The notes beneath the pieces were generated by a model, which worked only from the letters and a program-made list of their open reading frames with translations, had not been told where the DNA came from and searched no databases. From Halanaerobiales bacterium (GTDB lineage: Bacteria; Bacillota; Halanaerobiia; Halanaerobiales; M55B127), in the NCBI GenBank assembly GCA_018334565.1, contig JAGXLU010000003.1:19475-83474 (forward strand): a DNA stretch of 64,000 nucleotides, written 5' to 3'. Position numbers and translations under genes: made by a program. Of this stretch, positions 1-9,159 are shown piece after piece. Numbering within the stretch: position 1 is the stretch's first letter; every line of letters begins with the position of its first letter.

Positions 1-1
1 A

Positions 2-157
2 ATGTACAAAACCTTCAATATGGGCGTCGGTATGGTATTAGTTATCAATAGAGGAGATAAGGAGGCGGTTTTAGAAAAACTTAAAAAACTAGATGAAACT
101 GCTTTTAAAATAGGGGAAATTTGTAGTGATAAACAGGGAGTAATATTGAAAGGGTGA
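2..157 (+). CDS. purM: phosphoribosylformylglycinamidine cyclo-ligase (AIR synthetase), C-terminal fragment; 5' end lies outside the window
   Basis: Frame is open from the window edge to TGA at 155-157. Translation ..YKTFNMGVGMVLVINRGDKEAVLEKLKKLDETAFKIGEI.. contains the PurM C-terminal TFNMG(I/V)GM motif. Sits directly upstream of purN-purH. Confidence 0.75.
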   Translation: MYKTFNMGVGMVLVINRGDKEAVLEKLKKLDETAFKIGEICSDKQGVILKG

Positions 158-161
158 TCAA

Positions 162-767
162 GTGTTCAAACTGGCAGTATTAGCCTCTGGTAGGGGCAGT
201 AATTTACAATCTATTATAGACAAATTACATAAAAAAGAACAAGATATTTCAATTGAAGTGGTTATCAGTAATAATAAGAGCAGGGCCTTAAAGAGAGCTT
301 TAAAAAACAATATTGAATCTTATCATATAGATGATAACAACTATAATAAGGAAGAATATGAAAGAAAAATAATAGATATTATTGAAGAAAGACAAATAAA
401 CTTAATTATTTTAGCTGGTTATATGAAGGTATTATCGGCAAATTTCATCGATCATTTTAGAGATAAGATAATAAACATTCACCCTTCTTTACTGCCTGCT
501 TTTCCCGGTTTAGATGCACAAAAGCAGGCTGTAAAATATGGTGTAAAAATAAGTGGATGTACGGTGCATTTTGTCAATGAAAAAATTGATGCGGGTTCTA
601 TTATTATGCAGGCAGCAGTAGAAGTAAAATACAATGATAATGAACAAAGTCTGGCAGAAAGAATCTTGCACAAAGAGCATAATATTTTACCAGAGGTTAT
701 TAAGTTAATTGCTGACGATAAGGTATTTATTACTAACAATAGGAAGGTAAAGATAAAGGAGGAATAA
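162..767 (+). CDS. purN: phosphoribosylglycinamide formyltransferase
   Basis: GTG start. N-terminus KLAVLASGRGSNLQSII and the NIHPSLLP motif are typical of PurN. pur operon context. Confidence 0.9.
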   Translation: MFKLAVLASGRGSNLQSIIDKLHKKEQDISIEVVISNNKSRALKRALKNNIESYHIDDNNYNKEEYERKIIDIIEERQINLIILAGYMKVLSANFIDHFRDKIINIHPSLLPAFPGLDAQKQAVKYGVKISGCTVHFVNEKIDAGSIIMQAAVEVKYNDNEQSLAERILHKEHNILPEVIKLIADDKVFITNNRKVKIKEE

Positions 768-768
768 T

Positions 769-2334
769 ATGGGCAAGATTAAAAGAGCACTGCTCAGTGT
801 ATATGATAAAACAGATATTATCGAATTAGCTGAAACCCTTGCTGACAGTGATATAGAAATTATATCTACAGGGGGGACTGCTCAAAAAATTCAAGAAGCC
901 GGAATTGATGTAACTCATATTTCTGAAGTAACTAATTTTCCAGAAATGATGGAAGGACGGGTTAAGACTCTTAATCCCAAAATACATGGGGGCATCTTGG
1001 CCCGACGTAATGTAAATTCTGATATGGAAGAGTTGGAGAATTTAAATATCTTACCGATAGATTTAGTAGTCTGTAATCTTTATCCCTTTGCTCAAACTAT
1101 AGATCAAAAAGATATAGAAATGGATACGGCCTTAAAAAATATAGATATTGGGGGGCCAACTATGATAAGAGCTGCAGCGAAAAATTATCCTGATGTTCTA
1201 ATAATAGTGGATCCCAGTGATTATAGTATAATAAAAGAAAAAATTAATAAACAGACAGACCTAGAATACGAATTCAAAAAGAAAATGGCCTATAAAGCTT
1301 TTAATCATACTGCTGAATATGATGCTATCATTCAAAATTATTTCTTTGATCAACTAGATAAAAAAGAAGAATTTCCTGAGATACTAATCAATCCTTATTA
1401 CAAGAAAAATAAGTTGAGATATGGTGAAAACCCTCATCAAAAGGCGGCTTTTTATCAAGAAAGAAAGATAGATGAAAATGGAATTACTAATGCTGTTCAG
1501 CTGGAAGGCAAAGAGCTTTCTTTTAATAATATAAATGATGCTAATGGTGCTATAGAGTTGATCAAGGAATTTAATGATAGACCAACAGTGGCAGTCATTA
1601 AACACACCAATCCTTGTGGACTTGCCTCAGCAGATAATATAGTCACAGCTTTTAAAAAAGCCCATGCGGGAGATCCGCTTTCAGCTTTTGGCAGTGTAGT
1701 GGCTGTAAATAGAGAAGTAGATCAAAAACTAGCGGAGGAAATAATCAGTGGCGATAAGTTTATTGAGGTCATTGTTGCTCCTGATTACAGCAAAGAATCT
1801 CTTCATTTACTACATAAAAGATGGGAGTCCTTAAGAATATTAAAAATCGGAGAACTGAAGTTCAATTATAAAAACAGTGGTTATGATTTCAAAAAGGTAA
1901 CAAAAGGACTCTTGGTTCAAAATAGAGATCTTAAGATAATTTTTAGAGAAAATATTAAACTACAGAATAAGAACTTTGGTGAGAATAATATATATAAGGA
2001 TTTAATATTTGCCTGGAAGGCAGTTAAACATGTTAAGTCAAATGCAATTGTAATAGCCAAAGATGAGATGTTATTAGGAGTAGGGGCTGGTCAAATGAGT
2101 AGAGTTGATGCCATGATTATTGCAGGAAGAAAAGCAGATTGTCGGCAAAGAGGAGCTGTGGTTGCATCTGATGCATTTTTTCCTTTTCCTGATGCTGTCA
2201 AAAAGGCAGGTGAACTTAATATTAAAGCTATTATTCAGCCGGGAGGTTCTATCAGGGATGAACAGGTGATAGATAAATCAGACGAACTGGGTATAGCAAT
2301 GTATTTTACCAGGATAAGACATTTTTGCCATTAA
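769..2334 (+). CDS. purH: bifunctional AICAR transformylase / IMP cyclohydrolase
   Basis: 521 aa. RALLSVYDKT..STGGTA (MGS-like IMP cyclohydrolase domain) and C-terminal ..ASDAFFPF..IIQPGGSIRD motifs. Confidence 0.95.
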   Translation: MGKIKRALLSVYDKTDIIELAETLADSDIEIISTGGTAQKIQEAGIDVTHISEVTNFPEMMEGRVKTLNPKIHGGILARRNVNSDMEELENLNILPIDLVVCNLYPFAQTIDQKDIEMDTALKNIDIGGPTMIRAAAKNYPDVLIIVDPSDYSIIKEKINKQTDLEYEFKKKMAYKAFNHTAEYDAIIQNYFFDQLDKKEEFPEILINPYYKKNKLRYGENPHQKAAFYQERKIDENGITNAVQLEGKELSFNNINDANGAIELIKEFNDRPTVAVIKHTNPCGLASADNIVTAFKKAHAGDPLSAFGSVVAVNREVDQKLAEEIISGDKFIEVIVAPDYSKESLHLLHKRWESLRILKIGELKFNYKNSGYDFKKVTKGLLVQNRDLKIIFRENIKLQNKNFGENNIYKDLIFAWKAVKHVKSNAIVIAKDEMLLGVGAGQMSRVDAMIIAGRKADCRQRGAVVASDAFFPFPDAVKKAGELNIKAIIQPGGSIRDEQVIDKSDELGIAMYFTRIRHFCH

Positions 2335-2397
2335 GGCAGGAGATATATTTTATCCAGAGAATATAAGTAAATATAATTAACAGGTAGGGGGGATAAT

Positions 2398-3639
2398 ATA
2401 AAAACAAAAAAAGTTGCAATTATAGGAGCAGGTAACAGAGGTAAAGATGTTTATGCCAAATTAATTAAAGAAAATAAAAACTTAGAAGTTAATGCTGTAG
2501 CAGAGCCACAAAAGCTAAGACGTATAAAATTTGCGCAAGAAAATAATATTCCTCCCAATCTGCAATTTAAAAGCTGGGAGGATTTATTAATTGAAGGTCG
2601 ACTGGCAGATGGCATAATTCTTGCTACAGGTGATAAATTACACTTTAAACCACTGACTAAATTTTTAAAAAAAGGTTATAAAATATTGTGCGAAAAACCT
2701 ATTACAGATCAATACCATGAGTTAAAACAATTAGAAAAAAAATATGATAAGTATAATAATAAAGTGATAGTAGCACATGTATTAAGATATACTCCTTTTT
2801 TTAATAAAATAAAAGAGATAATAAAAAGCAAAATCATAGGAAGAGTTAGATTCATTAATCTAATTGAAAACATTGGCTATTTTCATTATGCACATAGTTA
2901 TGTGCGGGGTAATTGGAGAAATAAAAAAGTGGCTGCACCAATAATATTAGCAAAAAGCTGTCACGATCTTGATATTCTATATTGGCTATTAGATAGTCGA
3001 TATAAAAGGATATATTCTGAAATATCTGAGAGGTATTTTAAGCATGAGTATCAGCCCTCTCAAACTGCTCAACGTTGTATTGATTGTGTTATTGAAGATA
3101 ACTGTCCGTATTCAGCTAAAAAGATATACCTTAATAAAGGTTATCAATGGCCGATTTCTACTATAACTGAAGAATTAAGTCAGGCCGGAATCAAAAAGGC
3201 ATTAGCAAATAGCAGTTATGGTAAATGTGTATATAGAGCTGATAATGAGCAGCCAGATGTATATTCTGCACTTTTAAAGTTCAATAATGAGATTACTGCC
3301 CATTTTACCCTGACAGCTTTTAGTAAAGAGATGACAAGAAAAATAAATATTTTTGCTTCACATGGTGAAATAAGTGGTGATTTGGAAGCTGGTCAAATAG
3401 TACTGAAGCCTTTTTTAGGTAAAAATAAAAAAATTAAAATAAACAATAATGGTTCTCATGCCGGTGGAGATCGAAAATTGATCAATTCATTTGCTGCATT
3501 ATTATCACATGATGATTTTAATAATAAGAGTAATTTGTTATCATCTCTAGAAAGTCATTATGTTGCTTTGGCTCTTGAAAAAGCAAGGCATGATAAAAAT
3601 CCAATTGAACTAAATTTATTTAGGAGGCGAAACATTTGA
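2398..3639 (+). CDS. Gfo/Idh/MocA family NAD(P)-dependent oxidoreductase; 5' end uncertain, apparent ATA start
   Basis: The frame is open from the in-frame TAA at 2374-2376. Positions 2401-2700 translate to KTKKVAIIGAGNRGKDVY...KGYKILCEKP, a Rossmann GxGxxG plus the hallmark EKP motif. This lies upstream of the first canonical start (TTG 2686) used by the ORF track. SD GGGGGG at 2387-2392 sits 5 nt before ATA 2398. Confidence 0.65.
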   Translation: MKTKKVAIIGAGNRGKDVYAKLIKENKNLEVNAVAEPQKLRRIKFAQENNIPPNLQFKSWEDLLIEGRLADGIILATGDKLHFKPLTKFLKKGYKILCEKPITDQYHELKQLEKKYDKYNNKVIVAHVLRYTPFFNKIKEIIKSKIIGRVRFINLIENIGYFHYAHSYVRGNWRNKKVAAPIILAKSCHDLDILYWLLDSRYKRIYSEISERYFKHEYQPSQTAQRCIDCVIEDNCPYSAKKIYLNKGYQWPISTITEELSQAGIKKALANSSYGKCVYRADNEQPDVYSALLKFNNEITAHFTLTAFSKEMTRKINIFASHGEISGDLEAGQIVLKPFLGKNKKIKINNNGSHAGGDRKLINSFAALLSHDDFNNKSNLLSSLESHYVALALEKARHDKNPIELNLFRRRNI

Positions 3640-4343
3640 AAAGGATCGGACTTATTGGGGCCAAGGGTTGGTGCTCGCCCTCTTTATACTATAATAAAAT
3701 CAACCGATATTTTAATCAGATAAGAGGTAATAAGATAAATCCCGAGACTATTATTTATACAGTTAACTATCAAGAAATAATTAAATTTCAAAAAGAAGGG
3801 GACTGGAATGCCTTAGCCGATTTTTTAATCCCAAAAGCCATTAAAATAGAAGAGGCAGGTGCTGATTTTTTAGTCATCACTTCCAATACAGTTCATAAAA
3901 TTATTGATAAAATACAGGCAAAGATTAATATACCGATAATAAATATAATAGATGTTGTGGGGAAAAAGGCCAAATACAGCTGGTGTAAAAAACCCGGTTT
4001 GTTGGCTAATAAATATTTAATCAAAGATGGTTTTTATCAAAAAAAGCTTGAAGAAAAATATGTAGAAAGAATAATATTACCTGCTGAAAGTGAAATTGAG
4101 GAGCTAAATTATATTATTATTGATGAACTTGCCAATAAAAGCAATACTCATTTTAGTTCGCGCCTTTATATTAATAATATAATAAACAACCTTGTTAATA
4201 GTGGAGTAGATTCCATTATACTGGCCTCGATAGAACTAACTTCTTTAATAGATATTATCGCTGATAGTGATGTGAAAATATTAAATAGTCTTGAATTACA
4301 TGTACAGGAGATAGTTCATTATACCCTAAAAAAGAGTTTGTAA
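3636..4343 (+). CDS. aspartate/glutamate racemase family protein (atypical: both catalytic Cys positions are Ser)
   Basis: TTG start overlapping the upstream stop. KRIGLIGAKGW..SLYY, ..VITSNTVH.. and ..IILASIELT.. align with the GGMGxxST..YY, xxCNTAH and GCTE(L) motifs of PF01177-type racemases. Confidence 0.65.
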   Translation: MKRIGLIGAKGWCSPSLYYNKINRYFNQIRGNKINPETIIYTVNYQEIIKFQKEGDWNALADFLIPKAIKIEEAGADFLVITSNTVHKIIDKIQAKINIPIINIIDVVGKKAKYSWCKKPGLLANKYLIKDGFYQKKLEEKYVERIILPAESEIEELNYIIIDELANKSNTHFSSRLYINNIINNLVNSGVDSIILASIELTSLIDIIADSDVKILNSLELHVQEIVHYTLKKSL

Positions 4344-4437
4344 TTGATATTTATTTAATATAAAATAATCAACAATAGGTTCTTGAATCTATATTTGTAA
4401 AAAATTATGTGTAAAAGAAACTTGGCAGGTGGATTAA

Positions 4438-5445
4438 GTGCAGTATTTTAAGGATAGTTTATCAAATAAGAAAAAAGTTATTATGATAGCATTGATTACC
4501 ATTGTTATAATATTTTTATCTTTGTTCATAGGGAGATTTAATATTCCTGTTTTAAAATTTATAAGTGGTTTTCATTTAAACGAAATGGAAAAATCAGTAT
4601 TTTTCAATATCCGACTTCCCCGGGTATTACTTGTTATGGGAGTGGGAGCAGCCCTTTCACTGGCTGGGGCTAGCTATCAAAGTACTTTCAGAAATCCACT
4701 GGTTTCTCCTGATATACTAGGGGTTACTGCCGGTGCAAGTTTTGGAGCTGCTTTAGGAATGATAATTTCTTTGCAGTCATTCACGATGATTTATTTATTT
4801 GCTTTTGCTTTTGGAGTTTTGGCTGTTTTAATAACTTATTTTATTGCCAACCTGGGTAAAAGTAATCAAATTATGATGATGGTTTTATCTGGTATTGTGG
4901 TCGGTTCTTTATTTAATTCTTTTATATCTATTTTAAAATATGTAGCAGATCCTTATGAAAAACTTCCGGGGATTGTTTTTTGGTTAATGGGAGGTTTCAA
5001 CAGAACTGGATGGGGAGAATTGATATTTGCAGCCCCCTTTATAATAATTGGGATAATAGTATTATTTGTAATACGCTGGTATTTAAATGTAATGTCTATG
5101 GGTGAGGAAGAAGCTATTTCAATGGGTGTAAATGTAAAACTGATCAGGACTGTAATGATACTTTTTAGTACCCTTATGGTTGCTGCTTCGGTTGCAACAG
5201 TCGGACAAGTCAGTTGGATTGGTCTGGTAGTGCCTCATATATCAAGATTTATTGTGGGGGCTGATCATAAATATATGATTCCTGCATCTGGATTATTGGG
5301 AGCAAGCACCTTACTTATAATGGATAATATTGCCCGATCTTTAACTGGAGCTGAGATACCGATAAGTATTGTAACAGCTTTATTAGGTGCCCCGTTTTTT
5401 GCTTATCTATTAATTTCACAAAAAAATAGTGGATGGAATAGATAG
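4438..5445 (+). CDS. FecCD/BtuC-family ABC transporter permease (iron-chelate or cobalamin type)
   Basis: 335 aa polytopic membrane protein. RLPRVLLVMGVGAALSLAG..YQ..FRNPLVSPDILGV and C-terminal GAPFFAYLL are FecCD hallmarks. Confidence 0.85.
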   Translation: MQYFKDSLSNKKKVIMIALITIVIIFLSLFIGRFNIPVLKFISGFHLNEMEKSVFFNIRLPRVLLVMGVGAALSLAGASYQSTFRNPLVSPDILGVTAGASFGAALGMIISLQSFTMIYLFAFAFGVLAVLITYFIANLGKSNQIMMMVLSGIVVGSLFNSFISILKYVADPYEKLPGIVFWLMGGFNRTGWGELIFAAPFIIIGIIVLFVIRWYLNVMSMGEEEAISMGVNVKLIRTVMILFSTLMVAASVATVGQVSWIGLVVPHISRFIVGADHKYMIPASGLLGASTLLIMDNIARSLTGAEIPISIVTALLGAPFFAYLLISQKNSGWNR

Positions 5446-5560
5446 TTTAGAGAATTTCTTAAAATTTACTAATATTAATATAATCATCACTATATCTGTT
5501 ATTTAAAGGCACTTTTCAGTATTATATAGGTTTAAAACACTATTCTGAAGGGGGGGTTCG

Positions 5561-7915
5561 ATGCTTACTTATCATCGTTTAAAGAGTGAAAAAGAAGCTC
5601 TGTATGATTATGAACCATGGTCTATAACTGAGGATGAATTTAATATCGAAAACAACCACCATAATGAAGCGATATTTTCTCTGGGTAACGGTTATATGGG
5701 TTTGCGAGGAATTTTTGAAGAAGACTATTTAGGTCCTCAAGATCAATCAACTCCTGGATTTTATATAAATGGAATTTATGAGACTGAAGACATTATCTAT
5801 GGAGAATTTATGGCCAAACAACCTCAAAAATATCAAACCATGATTAACCTTATGGATTGGACAACAGTTAATTTATATATAGATAATGAAAAGTTTAGTC
5901 TTTTTAAGGGTAATATATTAGATTATAAAAGGAGATTGGATATCAAAAATGGCCTGATCAATAGAACTTTAATTTGGCAAACAGAGAGTTTTAAAAAAGT
6001 CAAGATTGATATTGAAAGGATTATTTCTTTTAAATATAAGCATATCGGGGCTATAAAATATGAAGTAACTCCTCTAAACTTTTCAGGTAAAATAGAGATC
6101 AAAAGTAGTTTGAAGGGAGATGTAAGAAATCATCACCATCTTCAAAACAATAAAGTTTTGTCTATTAAGCAAAAAGGTTCTACTCAAAATTATTATTATA
6201 TGATGATGTTAACCAATAATTCTAAAATATATATTGGAAGTAGTTGTTTTAATAAATTAAGTGGAGAAAATGAGGGCGAATTTTTGTGTAAAGAAAATAT
6301 TGATGAAAAAAATATTGATCAAATATATACGATCAGGGCAGAAGAAGATACTACATATACCTTGAAAAAATATGCTTCTTTTTATACTTCAAGGGATATA
6401 AATAAAAATGAGATATTAAATTCTTGCTTTGAGGATTTATCCTTTATTGATAAGAAAAATACTGGATTTAAACATCTTAAAAAAACGCAAAAAGATTTTC
6501 TAAAAAATTACTGGAGATATTCTGATATAAAGATTGAAGGTGATCCATCTTTACAACAGGCTTTTAGATATAATGCTTTGCAGATATTGCAGTCAACGGG
6601 CAGGGAAGGAAGGACAAATATATCAGCCAAGGGATTAACAGGTGAATTCTATGAAGGGCATTATTTCTGGGATACGGAGACCTATATTATACCATTTTTT
6701 CTTTATAGCCGACCTGAGATCGCCAAACAATTATTGAATTTTAGGTATAAAACCCTCGATTCAGCCCGAGAAAATGCAAAAAGAATGAATTTAAAGGGGG
6801 CTTTATATCCCTGGAGAACGATCAATGGAAAAGAGGCGTCTGGAAATTTTTTGGGTTCTACTGTTCAGTATCATATAGATGCTGATATTGTTTTTGCCTG
6901 CTATAATTATGTAAATGCAACTGATGATAAAGATTTCTTATACAATAAAGGTGCTGAAATAATTTTTGAAACAGCCCGCATGTGGTTGAGCCTCGGTCAC
7001 TTTGAAAAGCTTAAAGATGATAGCTTTTGTATTAACGAGGTCTGTGGACCTGATGAATATAAGCCGGCTGTTAATAACAACTGTTATACCAACTATATGG
7101 CAAAGTTTAATTTAGAGTATGCTGTTGAAGTTTATCAGAAGATTAAAGAGAACAATTTATCATTATTAAAAAAGATTAAAAATAAAATTGACCTTTCTGA
7201 TCAGGAAATTAAAAAATGGAAAAAAGCTGCAGCGCAAATGTATCTACCATTTAATAAAAAATTAAAAATAAACCCCCAAGATGATTCTTTTATCTATAAA
7301 GAAGAGATTAATATTGAAGAAATTCCAATTAAAGAACTGCCTTTAGTTAAAAATTGGCACCCCCTCACTATTTGGAAATACCAGCTTATCAAACAGGCTG
7401 ATGTTATCCTTTTAATGTTATTTATGGGTGATCAATTTAGTTTAGAACAGAAGAAAAGAAATTATGATTATTATGAACCCAAAACAACTCATGATTCTTC
7501 TTTATCGCCTTCTATTTATAGTGTGATTGCTTCAGAGATTGGCTATTATGAAGATGCGTATGACTATTTTTTGCAAACAGCCCGGCTTGATCTTGATGAC
7601 TATAATGAAAATGCTTATCAGGGTCTTCATACTGCATGTATGGGAAGTAATTGGATGGTATTAGTGCAGGGATTTGCAGGAATGCGTATTTATGAAGATA
7701 AACTAAACTTTAATCCATATTTGCCTGTTAAATGGAATGGTTATCAATTTAAGATTAAGTACAAGAATACCTTATTAAAAGTTCATATCAAACAGGATTA
7801 TACAGAATACACCTTATTAGAGGGTGAAACGATCAGTTTTATTCATAAAAATAAAGAAATTATTTTAACTGATGAGAACAATAAAAGCAAAGTCAAGCAG
7901 GAGATTTTTGCATGA
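5561..7915 (+). CDS. glycoside hydrolase family 65 disaccharide phosphorylase (maltose/kojibiose/trehalose phosphorylase-like)
   Basis: 784 aa. N-terminus W.ITE..F......NEAIFSLGNGYMGLRG and central ..KGLTGE.Y.GH.FWDTE.. match GH65. Confidence 0.85.
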   Translation: MLTYHRLKSEKEALYDYEPWSITEDEFNIENNHHNEAIFSLGNGYMGLRGIFEEDYLGPQDQSTPGFYINGIYETEDIIYGEFMAKQPQKYQTMINLMDWTTVNLYIDNEKFSLFKGNILDYKRRLDIKNGLINRTLIWQTESFKKVKIDIERIISFKYKHIGAIKYEVTPLNFSGKIEIKSSLKGDVRNHHHLQNNKVLSIKQKGSTQNYYYMMMLTNNSKIYIGSSCFNKLSGENEGEFLCKENIDEKNIDQIYTIRAEEDTTYTLKKYASFYTSRDINKNEILNSCFEDLSFIDKKNTGFKHLKKTQKDFLKNYWRYSDIKIEGDPSLQQAFRYNALQILQSTGREGRTNISAKGLTGEFYEGHYFWDTETYIIPFFLYSRPEIAKQLLNFRYKTLDSARENAKRMNLKGALYPWRTINGKEASGNFLGSTVQYHIDADIVFACYNYVNATDDKDFLYNKGAEIIFETARMWLSLGHFEKLKDDSFCINEVCGPDEYKPAVNNNCYTNYMAKFNLEYAVEVYQKIKENNLSLLKKIKNKIDLSDQEIKKWKKAAAQMYLPFNKKLKINPQDDSFIYKEEINIEEIPIKELPLVKNWHPLTIWKYQLIKQADVILLMLFMGDQFSLEQKKRNYDYYEPKTTHDSSLSPSIYSVIASEIGYYEDAYDYFLQTARLDLDDYNENAYQGLHTACMGSNWMVLVQGFAGMRIYEDKLNFNPYLPVKWNGYQFKIKYKNTLLKVHIKQDYTEYTLLEGETISFIHKNKEIILTDENNKSKVKQEIFA

Positions 7916-8816
7916 TTTTATTAAATAAGAATGATAAAAACACATATATCATACTCGCTGTGGGTATTTCTATAATCTCCTTTTCAGGGATCCTAATAAA
8001 AGTTATTACAGCTCCTGCTTTAATTATTGCTTTTTATAGGATGTTTTTATCTTCAATATTTTTAACCCCTTTATTTTTTTGAAGTTTAAAAAATCTATAA
8101 AGCATTTTCTAAATATCAAGCCAATTCTGGTTGGATTTTTGCTGGCCCTACATTTTTATGCTTGGATATCAGCTATACAGTATACAAATCTGGCTAATGC
8201 AGTTATATTTATTGCTATTCAACCCTTGTTTACTCTATTATTAGAATTCTTCTTTGCTAAAGAAGATATTAGAAAGGGAGTTATCACCAGTGTTATTTTA
8301 GCTCTGCTGGGTAGTGTTATAATCAGTTTTTCTGATTTTCACATTATATTAACCAGATTTTATGGTGATATGCTGGTAGTATTAGCTGCTTTCTTAGCCG
8401 CATGTTATCTCTTTTTAGGGAGGAGTTTTAGAAAAAAGATAAAGTATGTTCCTTATATTTATATCGTATATACCTACTGTACTTTCTTTTTATTTATATT
8501 TGTTTTAATCTCAGGACATTCTTTTACAGGCTATAGCACCATAAATTATTCTTACATCATTATTTTAGCTTTGGGTCCGACCTTAATAGGATATTCCATT
8601 TTGAATTTGTCGATTCGCTATATACCAGCTACTATAGTTTCTTTAGCAATCTTGAGAGAATTCATTATGACTATATTTTTAGCAATGTTTACATTAAATG
8701 AAAAATTAACAGTTACAACAATTGTGGGTGGAGTTTTGATATTATTTGGTTTATATAGGGAAATAATATCTAATAAAAGTCATAAAGATAATGAATTAAA
8801 AGAAAACATACAATGA
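7912..8816 (+). pseudogene. EamA/DMT-family transporter interrupted by a frameshift in a T7 run (8074-8080)
   Basis: ATG 7912 (ATGA overlap with the GH65 stop) encodes 56 aa of TM segments, ending at TGA 8080-8082. The -1 frame continues from 8079 for 245 aa with EamA-like repeats. One extra T would give a single ORF of about 301 aa and 10 TM segments. Confidence 0.65.
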
Positions 8817-9159
8817 AAAATATAAGGAATAAAGTCATTTTAAGAATAAATATATAGTAATTAACTTATCAGTTTTAGGTTGTATTCGATGGTGAATTGG
8901 TTTTTAAAAATAAAAAAGGCTAAATATATTTTTTATTATAAAGCATAGATTATTAATTTAAATAGAGGTTATTTAAATTTCATATTTAAATTTATGGTTG
9001 AAGGGTTTGTTATTTAGCAGGGAATAAGTATTTTTAATTTCATATTCGTAAAATATCTAGCAAAACACAATGAAATTAAATTATTTTATTTAATATCAGA
9101 AGTTAATATACCGGTTTACTTTTAAAAAAAGAAAAAAATCAAGGAGGCAAATTGATATC

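Noticed and set aside
4344-4437. Possible cobalamin riboswitch upstream of the BtuC/FecCD-like permease. The same question was asked of the region upstream of nrdD (54886-55239).
   Set aside because: The first region is only 94 nt and very AT-rich. Neither region contains anything resembling the conserved B12 box or the GC-rich helices of the cobalamin riboswitch.
8880-8925. PhoP-type direct repeats (TTAACT-N5-GTTTTA-N5-TATTCG) upstream of the phoU-like and pit genes.
   Set aside because: Only the first hexamer resembles the TTAACA consensus. The others are poor matches, so the pattern is not supportable from sequence alone.
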